From Octopus bimaculoides (taxonomy: Eukaryota): a stretch of DNA of 64,000 nt. The notes under the pieces were generated by a model. That model made no database searches and was not told where the DNA came from. It was given only the letters and a program-made list of their open reading frames with translations. Numbering within the stretch: the first letter of the stretch is position 1; each line of letters opens with the position of its first letter. The stretch covers positions 37,965,968-38,029,967 of the forward strand of contig NC_068984.1 in the NCBI RefSeq assembly GCF_001194135.2, written 5' to 3'. The translations under genes were made by a program, and so were the position numbers. Positions 24,520 to 38,229 of the stretch are shown here, piece after piece.

Positions 24520-27500
24520 GTGTGTGAGTCCATATGTTATTCCTATTGGCACGCCATCTCCTCCCTCACACTTCTGAATGCTGTCTGTGACCACACTGTA
24601 CAGACTTCAACATTGCCTTGAACTGTTTAAGCTGCATGTTGTTTCGACTTGATGGCTGGACTTTGTATATACATATAGATATTCCATTTAAGCACAGAAA
24701 CTTGCAATTTCTCTTTTTTGCAAAACTTAGTTTAATAGAATGATTTTTAAATTCAAGATACTTATCTTGTTAGATGTCTACATACTTGCAATTCTGGCTT
24801 ATCATCACTTGGTTATTCCATACAACATGTATCTACAATTATTTTAAATTACATTACCCTCTCCTCACATTTGTATAAATTGTTTAAAAGAAAAAAGAAA
24901 AAAAGTTTATATAGACCAAATGGACAAAAAAATTACTTCCCTCTATATATAACTTATTAGATCTCTCTACCTGCACTCTTCCATTACTTTGGTCATTTTC
25001 AGTTAGTTACATTGTACGCATATATGTTGCAGAGAGAATGTATGTGTTTAAAGATATATACACTCGCATACATATTTTTGTCATTTCCCGCCCCCCACCC
25101 CCTTCACATTCATTTAATTGTAATATATTTTGACATTTGGTAAAAATTCTCCCTCCATCATTGTCCTCATCTTTTTTGTCTCTTCATCATTCCATTTTGA
25201 TTTGTTTTATGGTATCAGATTTGTTTATATATCATACATCTGAGAACAAATGTAAGTTGGTTTTATTGCATTTTTGTTACTCTTGTTCAACAATTCTTGA
25301 ATAACAGCAGTGAGGTCCTGATTGCCTCAAATGCGTATATTTACAGTCTCTGTAGTCTTGAAGTGGACTGGTTTGGGTAAACAGATTTTCAGATCTTTAA
25401 ATCAACTAAGTATAATTAAAATATTGATGAATTTGTAAGCTATTATATTCAAATGTTTCAATTTTTTGAAATATTAAGTTGATTAGTCACCTTTATTTTA
25501 CTTGCGCGTTCTCTCTTTCTCTCCTTTATTTAAATGGTTCATTTCAATAGGTTTCTCTGAATTGATATTTTTTATAACAAGCATGAAAAAAAATTTTTCG
25601 AGTGTCTTATGAAGAATGCAATTTATAAAAATAAATCATTACAGTGAATTAAGAGGACTCTATAAGATAAATTATAAAAAAATCGTAATCCTTCAATTAA
25701 ATTTTCAACAGGTGTTTAACTCACAATCTGTTTACTAAGGATAATATTGTTATATAGTTTTGCTGTTTACTGTCAGGTTGTTTTAAACTGGGTGTTTTTT
25801 CTTCTTTTGTTACCTTGTAGTTTTTGCTTTCGTTACATATTTGTCATTTTCTCCAAATGTTACTGTTTTCTAGTTTAACCCTTTAGTGTTCAGATTACTC
25901 TGTTAAATATGCTTTTTCACTCAAATTGTTTGGAATTAATCTTCTAGTTTTGAGGTTTCAATGATGTGATTTTTTTTATTTTTAGAATGTCAATGTAGGT
26001 TATGTGAGAGGCTAGATATGGCCAGTTTAAATGTAAAACATTTGGAATATTTGGGCTGGATATGGCCAGTTTAAACACTAAAAGGTTAATCTATTTTGTA
26101 GATAATATTTAAATTTTATAATAGGGATTTAATTTAAATGTAATTCTAAATGCTTCTGATGTAGTTATTAAAAGTTGCAGTCTCAACTAATTTCTTCGTA
26201 TATTTAACAAAATCTTATTAATTTCCTCATCTATAGTATGGTATATCTTAGAACGTGTGTACCTCATATTTTTTCATTAAACTCCCCCTTCCATCCTTTT
26301 TTTTTATTTTGCATAAGATTTTTAATGTTAGGGATAAATCTTTTTTTCCACTTCTTTCTCTCCCTCACCCATATCTTTTTGACACATTCTTTTTCATTTT
26401 CCCCAAAATACACAAGTTAAAACTACTTAACATGAATTTCATTTAGCAACTTAGTAAATAATTCTGCTAAATAAGTTGTTTCTGTAACTTTTTTTAACAT
26501 GTGAATGCTACTAATTGAGTTTATGTATTTAGAATATTTTTTGAGTAATTTAGAGTAAATGTCTTTCGTAAGCATTTTGATCATGGAGTGCCTTTATATT
26601 AAGATTTGTAATATTTTCTTAATAGTTTTTAAAAGTATCTGATTTTCCAATAAATAACATCTGACTTATTTAGTAATTCTGTAGTTTTCTTAATTTACTT
26701 CTTAGTTCAGTTGTAAGTAGTGTAATTATACTTTTGGTAAAATGACAAAAAAAAATGTATTTAAGAAATATGTGAAACTAAATCAGGCTAATAAGAATAA
26801 TATTTAAATGAATTATTAAATAGAAATAGTTTTCACTGTTTCCTCCCAGTCTGCTCAGGATTATTTATATTCCTTTACTCATTACCTGTGATAATTGAAT
26901 TTATCATTGGTTTCATGATGTAGAGGTGAAATATTGCTACTGTTATTCCAGAAATTGTTAAACTGATGTTTAATTGTACACAAGACAAAAAGGAAACCCT
27001 TTTTGTGCCATTGTACTGGAAACTGTTATTTGAGGCTATGCCTCCAACAATGTGCAAGTTCAGTCCTTATGTTCCTAATTGTTTTACAGATGTACAAGTA
27101 ATGGCAATAAAGTGGCAGCCATTGGCAGTGAAATTCAAACTATTTCTTTGTTTTGGGTTTTTATTTCATTTATTGAAAACTTGCAGTCTAGGTTGGTAAT
27201 AAACATCCCAGTTTTGCTATCAAAACTAGAAAAATTTTCTTAAGTGTTTAATATTGCATTTAAAAAAAAATTAGCAATATCGAATTTTATTTTATGTTTC
27301 TTAAAATATATTTTTATATTGCTAATTAGATTTAAATTGGATGACAAGATTTCAATTAATTTACCTGCCTTTATTGTAATTGAATTATTGATATAATTTA
27401 CTTTTAGTTCTTATTTAGAAATTAGAGCACAAAATAAAGGAGTTTTTTTTTTTTTTTAGTTTAGTATTAAGAAACCTTTGCAGAATCATATTTTTACTAA

Positions 27501-29414
27501 TATTTCAGATGTTATCTACTGGAATAATGAATGTCAGTGTTTAAGTTTTCCTATTTATTGATGTTTTCTCTTCAACAAATTTAATGGCCTGTTTAATAGT
27601 CCAGCATAAGTTAATTAATCTTTCATATTTCAAATATTAACGTCAGACTTGGGAGTTAAATTACTCAAAAAAGATTATTAAATCTATATCATTTGTACAT
27701 AGATCTGATATGTTATTTAGACAGTCTTTATTTCAAACTGTTAGTGGAATATCTAAATTTAAACTATAGTTGCATATTATTTGCTTTTATTTAATTAAAA
27801 CTGGCTATATAGTGATGAATGGATAACTAACTATAATATATTCATGCACATAAAGGCAGATATTTTTTATCTATTATTCAGTGATCATTTTTAAAGCTTC
27901 AAATATTGCAGTATAGAAAATAAACCTGTTTTAACTTCATTCCCAACCTGGCTGCTTTTTCAAAGTTTGTATGCAAGACATTCAACAAATTTATTTGATG
28001 ATACAGTTTTTCAGAAAAAGTTGTCAGTAAGTCTGACTCCTCTCATTCTTAATGCTCAAGATTTACATATTTTAAAAATATTACCTACTTTATTCAGAGA
28101 TTTTCTCAACAATCTGCAACTGTTTCTTTAGATCTGTATCATTTTGAAATGTCTTGCTCTGTTATTTAATTTTTGAAACACATCTTATTGAAGATTTATC
28201 ATACAAAATTTTTTCTTTATATTCATTAGAAAGATATGAAAAGTTGCACGCATGCATAGTGTCAAAAATTGTTTTCAATGTATTGACTTAGCTGAAGTTT
28301 TCTCAAATCTTTTACTTGCCTACCCAATGCAGGTTGTCCTGTATCAGGTTAGGTTGGTAACTATTCCTAGTTCCAACCTGTTTTCTCATGAAGTTAGTTT
28401 CAGCAGCCTCATAATTTCAACATGATTCCTTTGACCTTGTTATACTAAATTACCTGTGCATCTACAAAGCATACTTCCCTGCTGTTTGATGCCTCTAATT
28501 TTCAAGATACCTTACTTCAATCAACATATTGTCCACATTACACTGTAACGGCAAAATATAGCCAAATTCAAATAGTAGTTTTTGTATTTCACTTCAGTAC
28601 CAAGGACAGAACAATTTTAAACCATTCTTGTCACTTTATACCATCCTCCTTAGATTTGGATACTGACCATTTGTGCTGCTGTGCAGAAATTTCTAATAAT
28701 ACATTCTGTGCATTAATTTGTTACAATATTTTATCATTTAGAATACTGTATTTCATACCTATCTGTCATTTCAGCAAATCTGAACTTGTGTGCTGAAAAT
28801 TTTATTTTTCTGTCTCTCTCCCCACAAATTCAAACTCTTGAAGACATGTACATAAAACACACACACTGTGCAAGGAAAGATCACTGAAAAACAATTCACT
28901 GCTTACTCAATGTATTGATAAGAATATTTAACAGTTTTAACTTTTGATATATATATATTCAAGTAATTGTTTAATGAAAAAAATATTGAAAAATTTTTCA
29001 GTTTGCTTTTTTCTCAGCTGTTGTGTTAAAAATTTTGGTTTAGTTGTATTTTTTTGAAAACTATCAGGTCTTTGAGCTGTGTTTTCATTTGCTTACAAAT
29101 ATACAACACTTTCAATAGAGAATTTGTGAGTGTTTTGTGCAAGTGCCTGAGATGTATTAACAATGTAAGTGAACAATTTTTCACTTATTTTGGTCATTGC
29201 TTCTGTTATTTGTGTGTGTGTGTGTGTGTACACACACACATGTATCTTTTTCTTTTTACAGGTAAGTTAATTTAGTCAGGCATATGCAAAATATACTCTA
29301 TGTTCAACTATGTAATTTTTTTCTTAATACTACACATTTTAACTATATATATATATATATATATATAAAAACAGATTTTTGTGTGCAGTGAATTATTCTT
29401 GCTGAACTTTCCAA

Positions 29415-29446
<32 letters not shown>

Positions 29447-30643
29447 TCTCTCTCTTTCTTCTCAGCCTTCTGGTTGAAACATTACCATTGTACTTGTGTT
29501 GTTTAGTACGAGGTTGACCCTGATTGAGTTTTGATAGCTCTCTCTTTTTTAATCTTTCTTTTCTGAAAGTGGACTACATTATCTAATGTGCCCTTCCCTT
29601 TTGAGACAGTAAGGTGTTATTTGAGTGAGATTTAGCAGGTCGAGTAATCGCATAGAAGATCCCTCATTCACTCTTGTGGGTTCATTGTATATGCTGGTGT
29701 TTGATAGAGCAAGTCTATGACGCTTGTCTATTCTTCCTGCAATATTTATTTAGAATCTTACTCGGCAGTTTATTCAGCTATTTGTATATGTTGTATGCAG
29801 ATGTCTTTTGTACACTTGTAACTTATTAGCTAGCTAAAGATCTATTGAACTTTAGGCTGCTGCAGTGTTTGGTACCTCTCCAGGGCTGTGTTGCCATCAA
29901 TTTGACACATCTACATCCTGTGTTGTAGTGATCAAAATCAAGTTTGATGCTAGTTCTAATAATTTCCATGTCTGTTATATAATTGTCTGCTTCAGAGAAT
30001 AGCCTCTTAGCTATTCCTGGTTGTTAAATAGGCCATAACATCATTGTTGAGACATGTGTGTGTGTATTTATGCAGACATACATTATATATAATGCAAAAT
30101 GTTTGAAACAGTTTTGCTTGTCCCATAATTATTTTTTTAAATTTACATTTCAGAAAAATTTCATGTTCATCATATTTATTCTTGACATCCCAGATGCTAG
30201 GCCTAATCACTAAAAATTGACAAAGTATTTTCTACTATATCACTTGAAATATCCATTAAAATGCTTTAAGATCATCTTTTATGTTGTTATTGTTCTATTT
30301 TTGAACATTGGTGCAGTGTAAATTTTTTGGTCATTGAGATTCTAGTTTTGATTCTTAAGAATGCTTTACATATTGACTCTGGAAGTACATAATAACTTTT
30401 TTTTTTTCCTTTTACTCTGTAAATCCAGAAATTTATTGTAAAAAATTTACTTTTTTGATAAGAAAAGATTATCTTAATCTTCAAGGAGAATTATAAAGAC
30501 ATGAATTGTTTTATGAAAACGTTTTAGATTTTTCTTAAATTGATTTGATTCTTTAACTGGTTGTAGTTAAAGATTATAAATATACTTAAGAATGAGACAA
30601 AACATTTTCAAATTGATGTAGATACTTTTTTGTTTTTCTTCAG

Positions 30644-30720
30644 ATGGATTAGCAAAACCTACTAACCACTCAGATTCAATGCAATCAGCTATTGAAAACC
30701 CATCTTTAATGAATCATTAG
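30644..30720 (+). CDS. PIAS: Candidate alternative terminal PIAS exon (DGLAKPTNHSDSMQSAIENPSLMNH*)
   Basis: Strong ttttttgtttttcttcag acceptor, open in phase 1 to TAG 30718-30720, ATTAAA immediately after. No homology support. Confidence 0.4.
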
Positions 30721-31853
30721 ATTAAAGTTAAACATATGAAATGGGAGTAAAACTTTTGATCCTGTTAAAATATTTTTACTGATAATTGTTCGAATGCTTT
30801 GGATGATGTTTAGAACATATTTAAAACTATCGCAAGTAAATTTACAAAATAATTGAAGTGTTTTGAAGTTACTATTTTTACTATGTGTTACTACTAATAA
30901 TTTCTCACATTTAATACTAAAGACTGCTTGTAAAAATATATATGAAGGTAAGTTACGAATGGAACATGAAATCCTTTTTCTTTTTGTTCTAGTACAGATG
31001 TTCTTTCATTATTACTATTATTATTAAGTACTCATACATACACATGCACACATACCTATATTTATATGTGGTTAAGTTCTATAATTTTTTTCTATCTGAT
31101 TTGTCCATACTTAGATTGCTATAAAGAACTGCAACATGTAATTTATTTTATAAGATTACTTATTTCTGTTGATATTTATTAGGAATATGGTCGTGTTCTT
31201 GTGAAGATATTTTCCTCAGCCATTGAGATTCTTTCTCCACCATGTATTGTTTATAAGCTTATTGCAATAGGCATCCTTAAATAGTCTTATTACAAGGTCC
31301 TGTTACTGGTTCTTCTATATTTTGCCCATTATAGAGAATGTTCTCATTGGAATGAACTAAAATTTTTTTGCTTAAGCTATTCCTTAAACTTATTAGGAAT
31401 TGTATTTTTAAAAATTCATTAGTAATTGTGTGATTTGATAGATATAAAAGCTAAGACAGAAGTTCTACAATTGGTGACAGGAATTTTGGACCCCCAAGAT
31501 CCTTAGTATTTGTTTGTTCTCTAGTTTCCTTACTATAAAATTACTAACAAAATCAATCCAGTTTTAGATCAGCATTTTTAAGATTTTGTGTGATAGCTGT
31601 ATAGCCAGATAATTAATTTCTTTATTTTTATAATAAACCATTTTATTAGTGTTCCATTTTATATGATATGGTTAAACATGACAATCCTGAGTAAATGGAA
31701 GAATAACAAGGTGGGAATCATTGGGAAGCTAATTTTCCATTGGGATTAAATTTTAAAAATATGTAAGGATGAAAAAAAAAAACCTTAAGAAATTAAGTAA
31801 TTTTTTTATTATTGCTAATGTGTTTGTTTTGTCTCTTTCTTTATTTCTTACAG

Positions 31854-32143
31854 ATCATCAATTGCGACTTCAGTTAATTCATCTCCTGTGTATTCCAACA
31901 ATGTATATCTTCAGCCGCCTTCCCTTCCTGTTATCACCTCCAACAGTATTGCAGCAGTATTTGGCTCGCGGTCATCTCCTGTGTTGAAATCTGCACACTC
32001 ATTGTACATATCACCTCCAAACTTTGCTGAACTGTCAGCTAATGATATTTCTGAAAATTTTACAAAACTACCAGTTTTCCCTGGAGCCAATTCCAGTTCA
32101 GCAGCAGCGGCAGCAGCAGCAGCTTCAACACCAAACCCAAGGG
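31854..32143 (+). CDS. PIAS: PIAS S/P-rich exon with poly-Ala (SSIATSVNSSPVY...SSSAAAAAAAASTPNPR)
   Basis: tttcttacag acceptor, phase 2. Open frame shared with ORF 31888-32172. Donor G|gtaatg in phase 1. Confidence 0.75.
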
Positions 32144-35100
32144 GTAATGAGATTCACTTTATATCTATCTGAATTCCTCTCAAAATGGCAGAGAGATTTG
32201 AAACTACAGTTGCTGGATGGCAGTAGCTCTGTGCATATAGGTATAAAACTAGTATACTATTTGGACAATAAAAAAAAAATCATTTTAACGACTCCAAATT
32301 TGGGTTGGCATCATCAAATATTCAGAGAGGACATTAACAGTCCTTGATACATCTTCATTAGTTTTTTTTTTTTTTTTTTCTCCTTTCTTGTTACAATCAT
32401 TTTGTCTGTCTTTGAGAGTTAAGGATAAATAGCTTAAACAGGTGTTCTCATTGTTTTCCCCATTAACTATTTCTTGCTTTTAGTTAGCATAACTATTATT
32501 GTCTCTTTTGTTGAAGATTTCTGCTGAGAGTATGTGAATTATTCTTAACTTTTTTTTAAATTTTTTTTAAAAGTATTTTGATTAAAGTAATCTGGCTGCA
32601 TAAAAGGTGTAGGCTTGATTAGATGGTGTGGGCAATCATCTCTCAATTGTAATATAAATATTTATATGAATGAATGTTTAGACTATTGTAAATAAGANNN
32701 NNNNNNNNNNNNNNNNNNNNNNNNNNNNNNNNNNNNNNNNNNNNNNNNNNNNNNNNNNNNNNNNNNNNNNNNNNNNNNNNNNNNNNNNNNNNNNNNNNNN
32801 NNNNNNNNNNNNNNNNNNNNNNNNNNNNNNNNNNNNNNNNNNNNNNNNNNNNNNNNNNNNNNNNNNNNNNNNNNNNNNNNNNNNNNNNNNNNNNNNNNNN
32901 NNNNNNNNNNNNNNNNNNNNNNNNNNNNNNNNNNNNNNNNNNNNNNNNNNNNNNNNNNNNNNNNNNNNNNNNNNNNNNNNNNNNNNNNNNNNNNNNNNNN
33001 NNNNNNNNNNNNNNNNNNNNNNNNNNNNNNNNNNNNNNNNNNNNNNNNNNNNNNNNNNNNNNNNNNNNNNNNNNNNNNNNNNNNNNNNNNNNNNNNNNNN
33101 NNNNNNNNNNNNNNNNNNNNNNNNNNNNNNNNNNNNNNNNNNNNNNNNNNNNNNNNNNNNNNNNNNNNNNNNNNNNNNNNNNNNNNNNNNNNNNNNNNNN
33201 NNNNNNNNNNNNNNNNNNNNNNNNNNNNNNNNNNNNNNNNNNNNNNNNNNNNNNNNNNNNNNNNNNNNNNNNNNNNNNNNNNNNNNNNNNNNNNNNNNNN
33301 NNNNNNNNNNNNNNNNNNNNNNNNNNNNTATATATATATATATATATATGAAGCAAATATATGTAACTAAATTAATCCAGAATTTCCTTTAAGGCAATAG
33401 ACATATGCTAAGTATTTTACTGAAGTCTATTTTACTGAACTCTGAATGTTGTCATTATGACAATTACTATATTTATTATATTTAGTGTTTTGTTACCTTC
33501 AGAAATTGATAGTTAGGGGTGAGACATGTTTTAAGAGGGATTCAGTTTTCAGAGTGTGGTTGTGTGTGCCTGTGGCTGTTTATTCATTTTAACACCAATA
33601 TATAAAAATGTGGACCACAAAATTATCAGCAACTCAGTTGGAAAATTTGTTTCTAGAATCCCCTTTTTCTTTCCCAGCCCCTTATTTTTCTTTAAATTTA
33701 TATTTATTATTTTTTTTTTTAATAAAGACTTGTCTTGTGAAAAAAATGTGTTGAAGTTATTTATTTTCTTCTGCATCTTACTTAATTTATAAATAAGTTC
33801 ACATTGAGACACAGCGACTTTAAAAAGATGAATTAGTAGCAGGTTATGTGCATGATTGTTCTTATTTTTATTTATGTTTGATTGTTTACATTGATAATAG
33901 CCTAAGTCCTTATAAATCTGCCCTATTTTTGAATGTGTATGTATGTGTGCATGGTGCATGCATACATACATAGAAACATTTATGATGAGTTCATACAAAA
34001 TAATGGTGTTACAAAATGTATATTGAAAGATTATATTTTAAAAACCATGAAGTTTATTGAAGACTCACTATACATATTACAAAATTATTTTTATTTATCT
34101 TTAGTCTCTAATTTCTAATTATTAAACTCAAACTAATATTGCTATTAAAAAGATTTACTTAGCTTATGTTATTTCTTTAACTGTAACAGGAAATGTATAC
34201 AGCAAGAGAAAAATGTTCTACTTAAAACTTAAGCAATTTTAACTAGCATTTCTCCTGTGTAATAATTGAGATATCAGGTTTGGATGCCATTTTGGGGTTT
34301 TTTGTCTCTTTTTTTTTTTTTTGTCATGGTATTTTTGAACAAGCTGTTGTTTCAATTGTTTATAAATAATGATGCAGCAAAATTTAGAGAGGAAAAATGC
34401 AGTTCTATTGCTTAGAAAACTAAGCAGAAAACATTAAAAAAATTTTTTTATTTACTTCATCTCATTTATTTATATTTACATACACATTAACATCCATAAA
34501 TCTATTAAAATCTGAAACTTATTTCTTTTTTCTTTGCTTGTGTTATCTTATTCTACCCTTTAGGTTATTTCAAATATTCTGTAGTACTTCTGTTGAACAT
34601 ATATTTAGTTATCATCCATTTTATCTTTCTCTGGAACAATCAAGGGTCAAAGCTGAAAAATGCCCCGATTTCATTGATTTAGTTTTCTCATTTCTAACAG
34701 ATATGGTAAATTCATAGAAGGCTTGGCTATGGCAGCTGCTTGAGAATCTGATGTCATGTTGACTCTTGTCGTTGCATGTTGTGAAGTTCCATTGAGTGAC
34801 AAGCAACATACATTCAAGTGAGTGGCCTGCTCTACTCTCAATTCCTTACATTTTGAAAACCAGCTGCAAAATATAAGAAAATAGAAAACAATAGCTATAT
34901 ATATATATATTTTTTTTTTAAATTTAGTATGCAGTTTATTTACATACTCAATATGTTTTAAATTACTTTTTTTTCTGCATTAACTCAGATATTTTCTATT
35001 TCTTTTGAGAGTAAATCATTCTTTTGTGTCACACTGCTTTTTGTGTGTTTGCAAATATCATTATAAGCCTGTAGTTTCTTTGCACGTTGATTTTTTAATA

Positions 35101-35929
35101 AATGCATTGTAAACTATTCTTAAAATATATGCTTTACATATATTTGCATTAGTCAACAGTGATATTGGATCTTTAGTGAAAATCTGCAACCAAAGAATAT
35201 GCTGCTGCTTTCATCTCCTTCCCAGGTTCTTAGCTCAGAATATTTTCTAATTTTCATTATAATTTCACTATTTCTGCTCTTCATTTTCAGACTTGTTTTA
35301 GTATTATTATATTTCTATCAAATTCCAAATATATATTGCCTACGAAAATTTATATCAGACTTGAATGTAGAATAATCAATTATATTGTTTGAATTTCATG
35401 ATTTTGTTCTTTTAAGACACTAAATTTACTAATTATCTTTTGTGAGTTCTTTTTTTAAAATTCTCCCCGATTTCAAATTTCAGAAGACATTTTAATAAAG
35501 TTATGAAAAACGAAAACCCTAAAAAAAGCTAAACTATAAAATCTAGAATTTATTTAATGAATTTTTTAAAAAATCACTGAAGTTTACTTGTTCATCAGGA
35601 GAATTTTGCACTAAAATGTTTATATTTTTGGAAACATCTGTTTAATACATGTATTTTGGTATCAGAATTCTTTCGTCAGTTTGAAACCTTCTTGCTTACT
35701 CCTGACATTAGACAGTCATCTTTAAACAACACTTTAGGATTTAGGCTTAATACAAAAACACATAAATACTGCACTCAGTTATTAATCTGAAAAGCAGCAG
35801 CTTGTTCAACCATTCTTTTTCTTTCTCTTTTACTAGAGACTCTCAAGACATTTTTCAATATGTATCTTGTTTAAATATTGTATTCTAGTTATTAATGCAT
35901 GTGTGTGTGTGTTTCTTATCTTTCATCAG

Positions 35930-35979
35930 ATGTCTCCATGTACTCATTGCTATCACCAGAAGCCAGTGATGATATGGAG
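35930..35979 (+). CDS. PIAS: PIAS small penultimate exon (DVSMYSLLSPEASDDME)
   Basis: tttcatcag acceptor, GAG|gtaagt donor, phase 1/0. Links the two neighbouring exons in frame. Confidence 0.8.
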
Positions 35980-36608
35980 GTAAGTGAAATGTTTTGAATC
36001 ATATCAATGTGCATCATATTTTTTTCCTTTTGCAATTGTGGGTATAGGCATGCCCAAGTGTTTTATGAAGTTCACTTTGCAATCTGAGTGTCTGGGTTCA
36101 ATCCTACTGTGTGGCATTTTTTTACCATAGCTCCTAGGCAACCCAGCCTTTGAATTTGAGTACACAGAAACTAGTATGCCTATAGATAGGTTGAACTTAT
36201 TCAAAGGTTCAGTTTTGTCATGCTGTTACTGCCTGCAGATTACATTAAGTACAGGTGTCTGTGGAATGCTCAACCACTTACACTGTAATTCATTAAGTTG
36301 GTAGTTCTGTTGATTGAACAACGGGAATACTCAATCATTGAAACCAACAGAGAATCCATTTACAACTATTACCAGTACTTCTCATTAAAAGAGGTGAAAA
36401 TTTAACAATTCAGCAATTTTGTTATTGGAAACTGAACCAATGTATCTACGGTTTGTCAATGAATAATTCTATTGTTTCTGTACTATTTATTCAAGTTTAG
36501 CTATAGCTTTAATTTAAGCCAATCCACTTTCAATAGTTTATTCAGTCCCAGTATTATGCTTGTGAGACTAGGCTTCAGTATAGTTATGTACATAGTAGAT
36601 AGGAAAAT

Positions 36609-36961
36609 GTGGAGGCGCAATGGCCCAGTGGTTAGGGCAGCGGACTCGCGGTCATAGGATCGTGGTTTCGATTCCCAGACCGGGCGTTGTGAGTGTTTAT
36701 TGAGCGAAAACACCTAAAGCTCCACGAGGCTCCGGCAGGGGATGGTGGCGAACCCTGCTGTACTCTTTCACCACAACTTTCTCTCACTCTTACTTCCTGT
36801 TTCTGTTGTGCCTGTAATTGAAAGGGTCAGCCTTGTCACACTGTGTCACGCTGAATATCCCCGAGAACTATGTTAAGGGTACACGTGTCTGTGGAGTGCT
36901 CAGCCACTTGCACATTAATTTCACGAGCAGGCTGTTCCATCGGCAGAGTGCCAACAACAAC
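36609..36961 (+). mobile_element. Full-length tRNA-derived SINE (family 2) with 12-bp TSD
   Basis: tRNA-like head (tggcccagtggttagggcagcggactcg...ggtttcgattccc), (caa)n tail, TSD agataggaaaat at 36597-36608 and 36962-36973. Confidence 0.92.
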
Positions 36962-37744
36962 AGATAGGAAAATAATTCATTACTCTCATAAAAGCAATTG
37001 ACAAATGTATATTGTATAGAAATTAATATTGTTGTTTGTTTATGCACCACTGCCTTATATAACCCTCATTTTAAAAACAGATTTGATACTGTGCTGAATT
37101 TTTATGTAAAGCTGGACACTACGTGTGCCAGTAAATTATAATCACTCTAAGTGCCATTCCATATTTAAATTATCTTGTACCTATTTTAGTTGTTTCTCTT
37201 GGTTACTACATATATATATAATATGAGCATACACACACACCTGCAATGGTGATTGAAATGGAAAAGAAGCAAAGGCACAGCAGCAATCTGACTTATCTCA
37301 AGAACATTTAGAGACTAGAGAAACTGGCAACTGTATTCCATTCCTTCACAAGAGAAAGATCAGATGCAATCAAAAATTAATGAAATTCAGAAATGCCAAA
37401 ATTAAACTCTGAAAGAAACAAATTTAAAGAGGGCAAATATGTATATTTGAAAATAAATATTGTTTCTATATTATATCTACCATTATCATTGATCATTCTA
37501 GTGCACCTTACGAGATCTTCTTCAATGATCTTAAATGCTTTGATTTTAGAGCATAGGTAAAATTTAAGACAACTAGCCTTCATTCAATAGATTTAAATTG
37601 TTATCACAATGCTACATTTGAATCGGGATATGGTCTCACAAAATCATTAGGAACTTTTAATAGAATTGTATAGCATTTCCACAATGATCACTTTTTACAT
37701 GCATTTGAAAGAAAATGTTTTATTTTTCTGTTCTATTTCTTTAG

Positions 37745-38017
37745 ATATCTAACTTGATTGGTTTACCAGGCTATCTCCCTAACAGTAACATTGTATCCAG
37801 CATGAATAGCAGTAGTAGCTGCAGTAACAGCAGTAGTAGTATTAGCAGCAGCAGCAGCAATAGTAGCGGGTGTAAGAGCAGCAGCAGCATCAGTCATAGC
37901 CATCCACCCTTACCTACCACAGTTATGACTAACTCCATTGCTGTAACCACTTCATCTGACTGTTTGAATTCAAACCTCAACCAACTCAATCAACCTGATG
38001 TCATATCACTTGATTAA
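37745..38017 (+). CDS. PIAS: PIAS last coding exon, Ser-rich, ending PDVISLD* (C-terminal SIM)
   Basis: ttctttag acceptor, phase 0. The C-terminus resembles vertebrate PIAS1 PDIISLD. Summed CDS of the 14 exons is 1845 nt = 614 aa + stop. Confidence 0.9.
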   Translation: MSNLIGLPGYLPNSNIVSSMNSSSSCSNSSSSISSSSSNSSGCKSSSSISHSHPPLPTTVMTNSIAVTTSSDCLNSNLNQLNQPDVISLD

Positions 38018-38188
38018 AACATCTTGATGCATCTCAGTGTCAATACACTCATAAATACTGATATGTTTGTAAATAAAGAATACATTCAAACTTGTTTCAC
38101 AGTTCACAAACTGTTTCTGCATACTGGTACTATATACTAGCAAACCCACACACACACGCAATATATTTGTGTATGTGTGTGTTTTATA

Positions 38189-38229
<41 letters not shown>

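Noticed and set aside
32024-32347. Overlapping poly-Q ORF
   Set aside because: It is the alternate frame of the PIAS (GCA)n poly-Ala tract, with no independent start or splice evidence.
34190-34242. Possible terminal exon GNVYSKRKMFYLKLKQF* (similarly 37190-37252, LFLLVTTYIYNMSIHTHLQW*)
   Set aside because: Phase-compatible, but the acceptors are unremarkable and the peptides look like random AT-rich sequence.
36612-36685. tRNA-like sequence
   Set aside because: It is the head of a SINE (TSDs, body, tail), with a second copy at 40.1-40.2 kb; it is not a tRNA gene.
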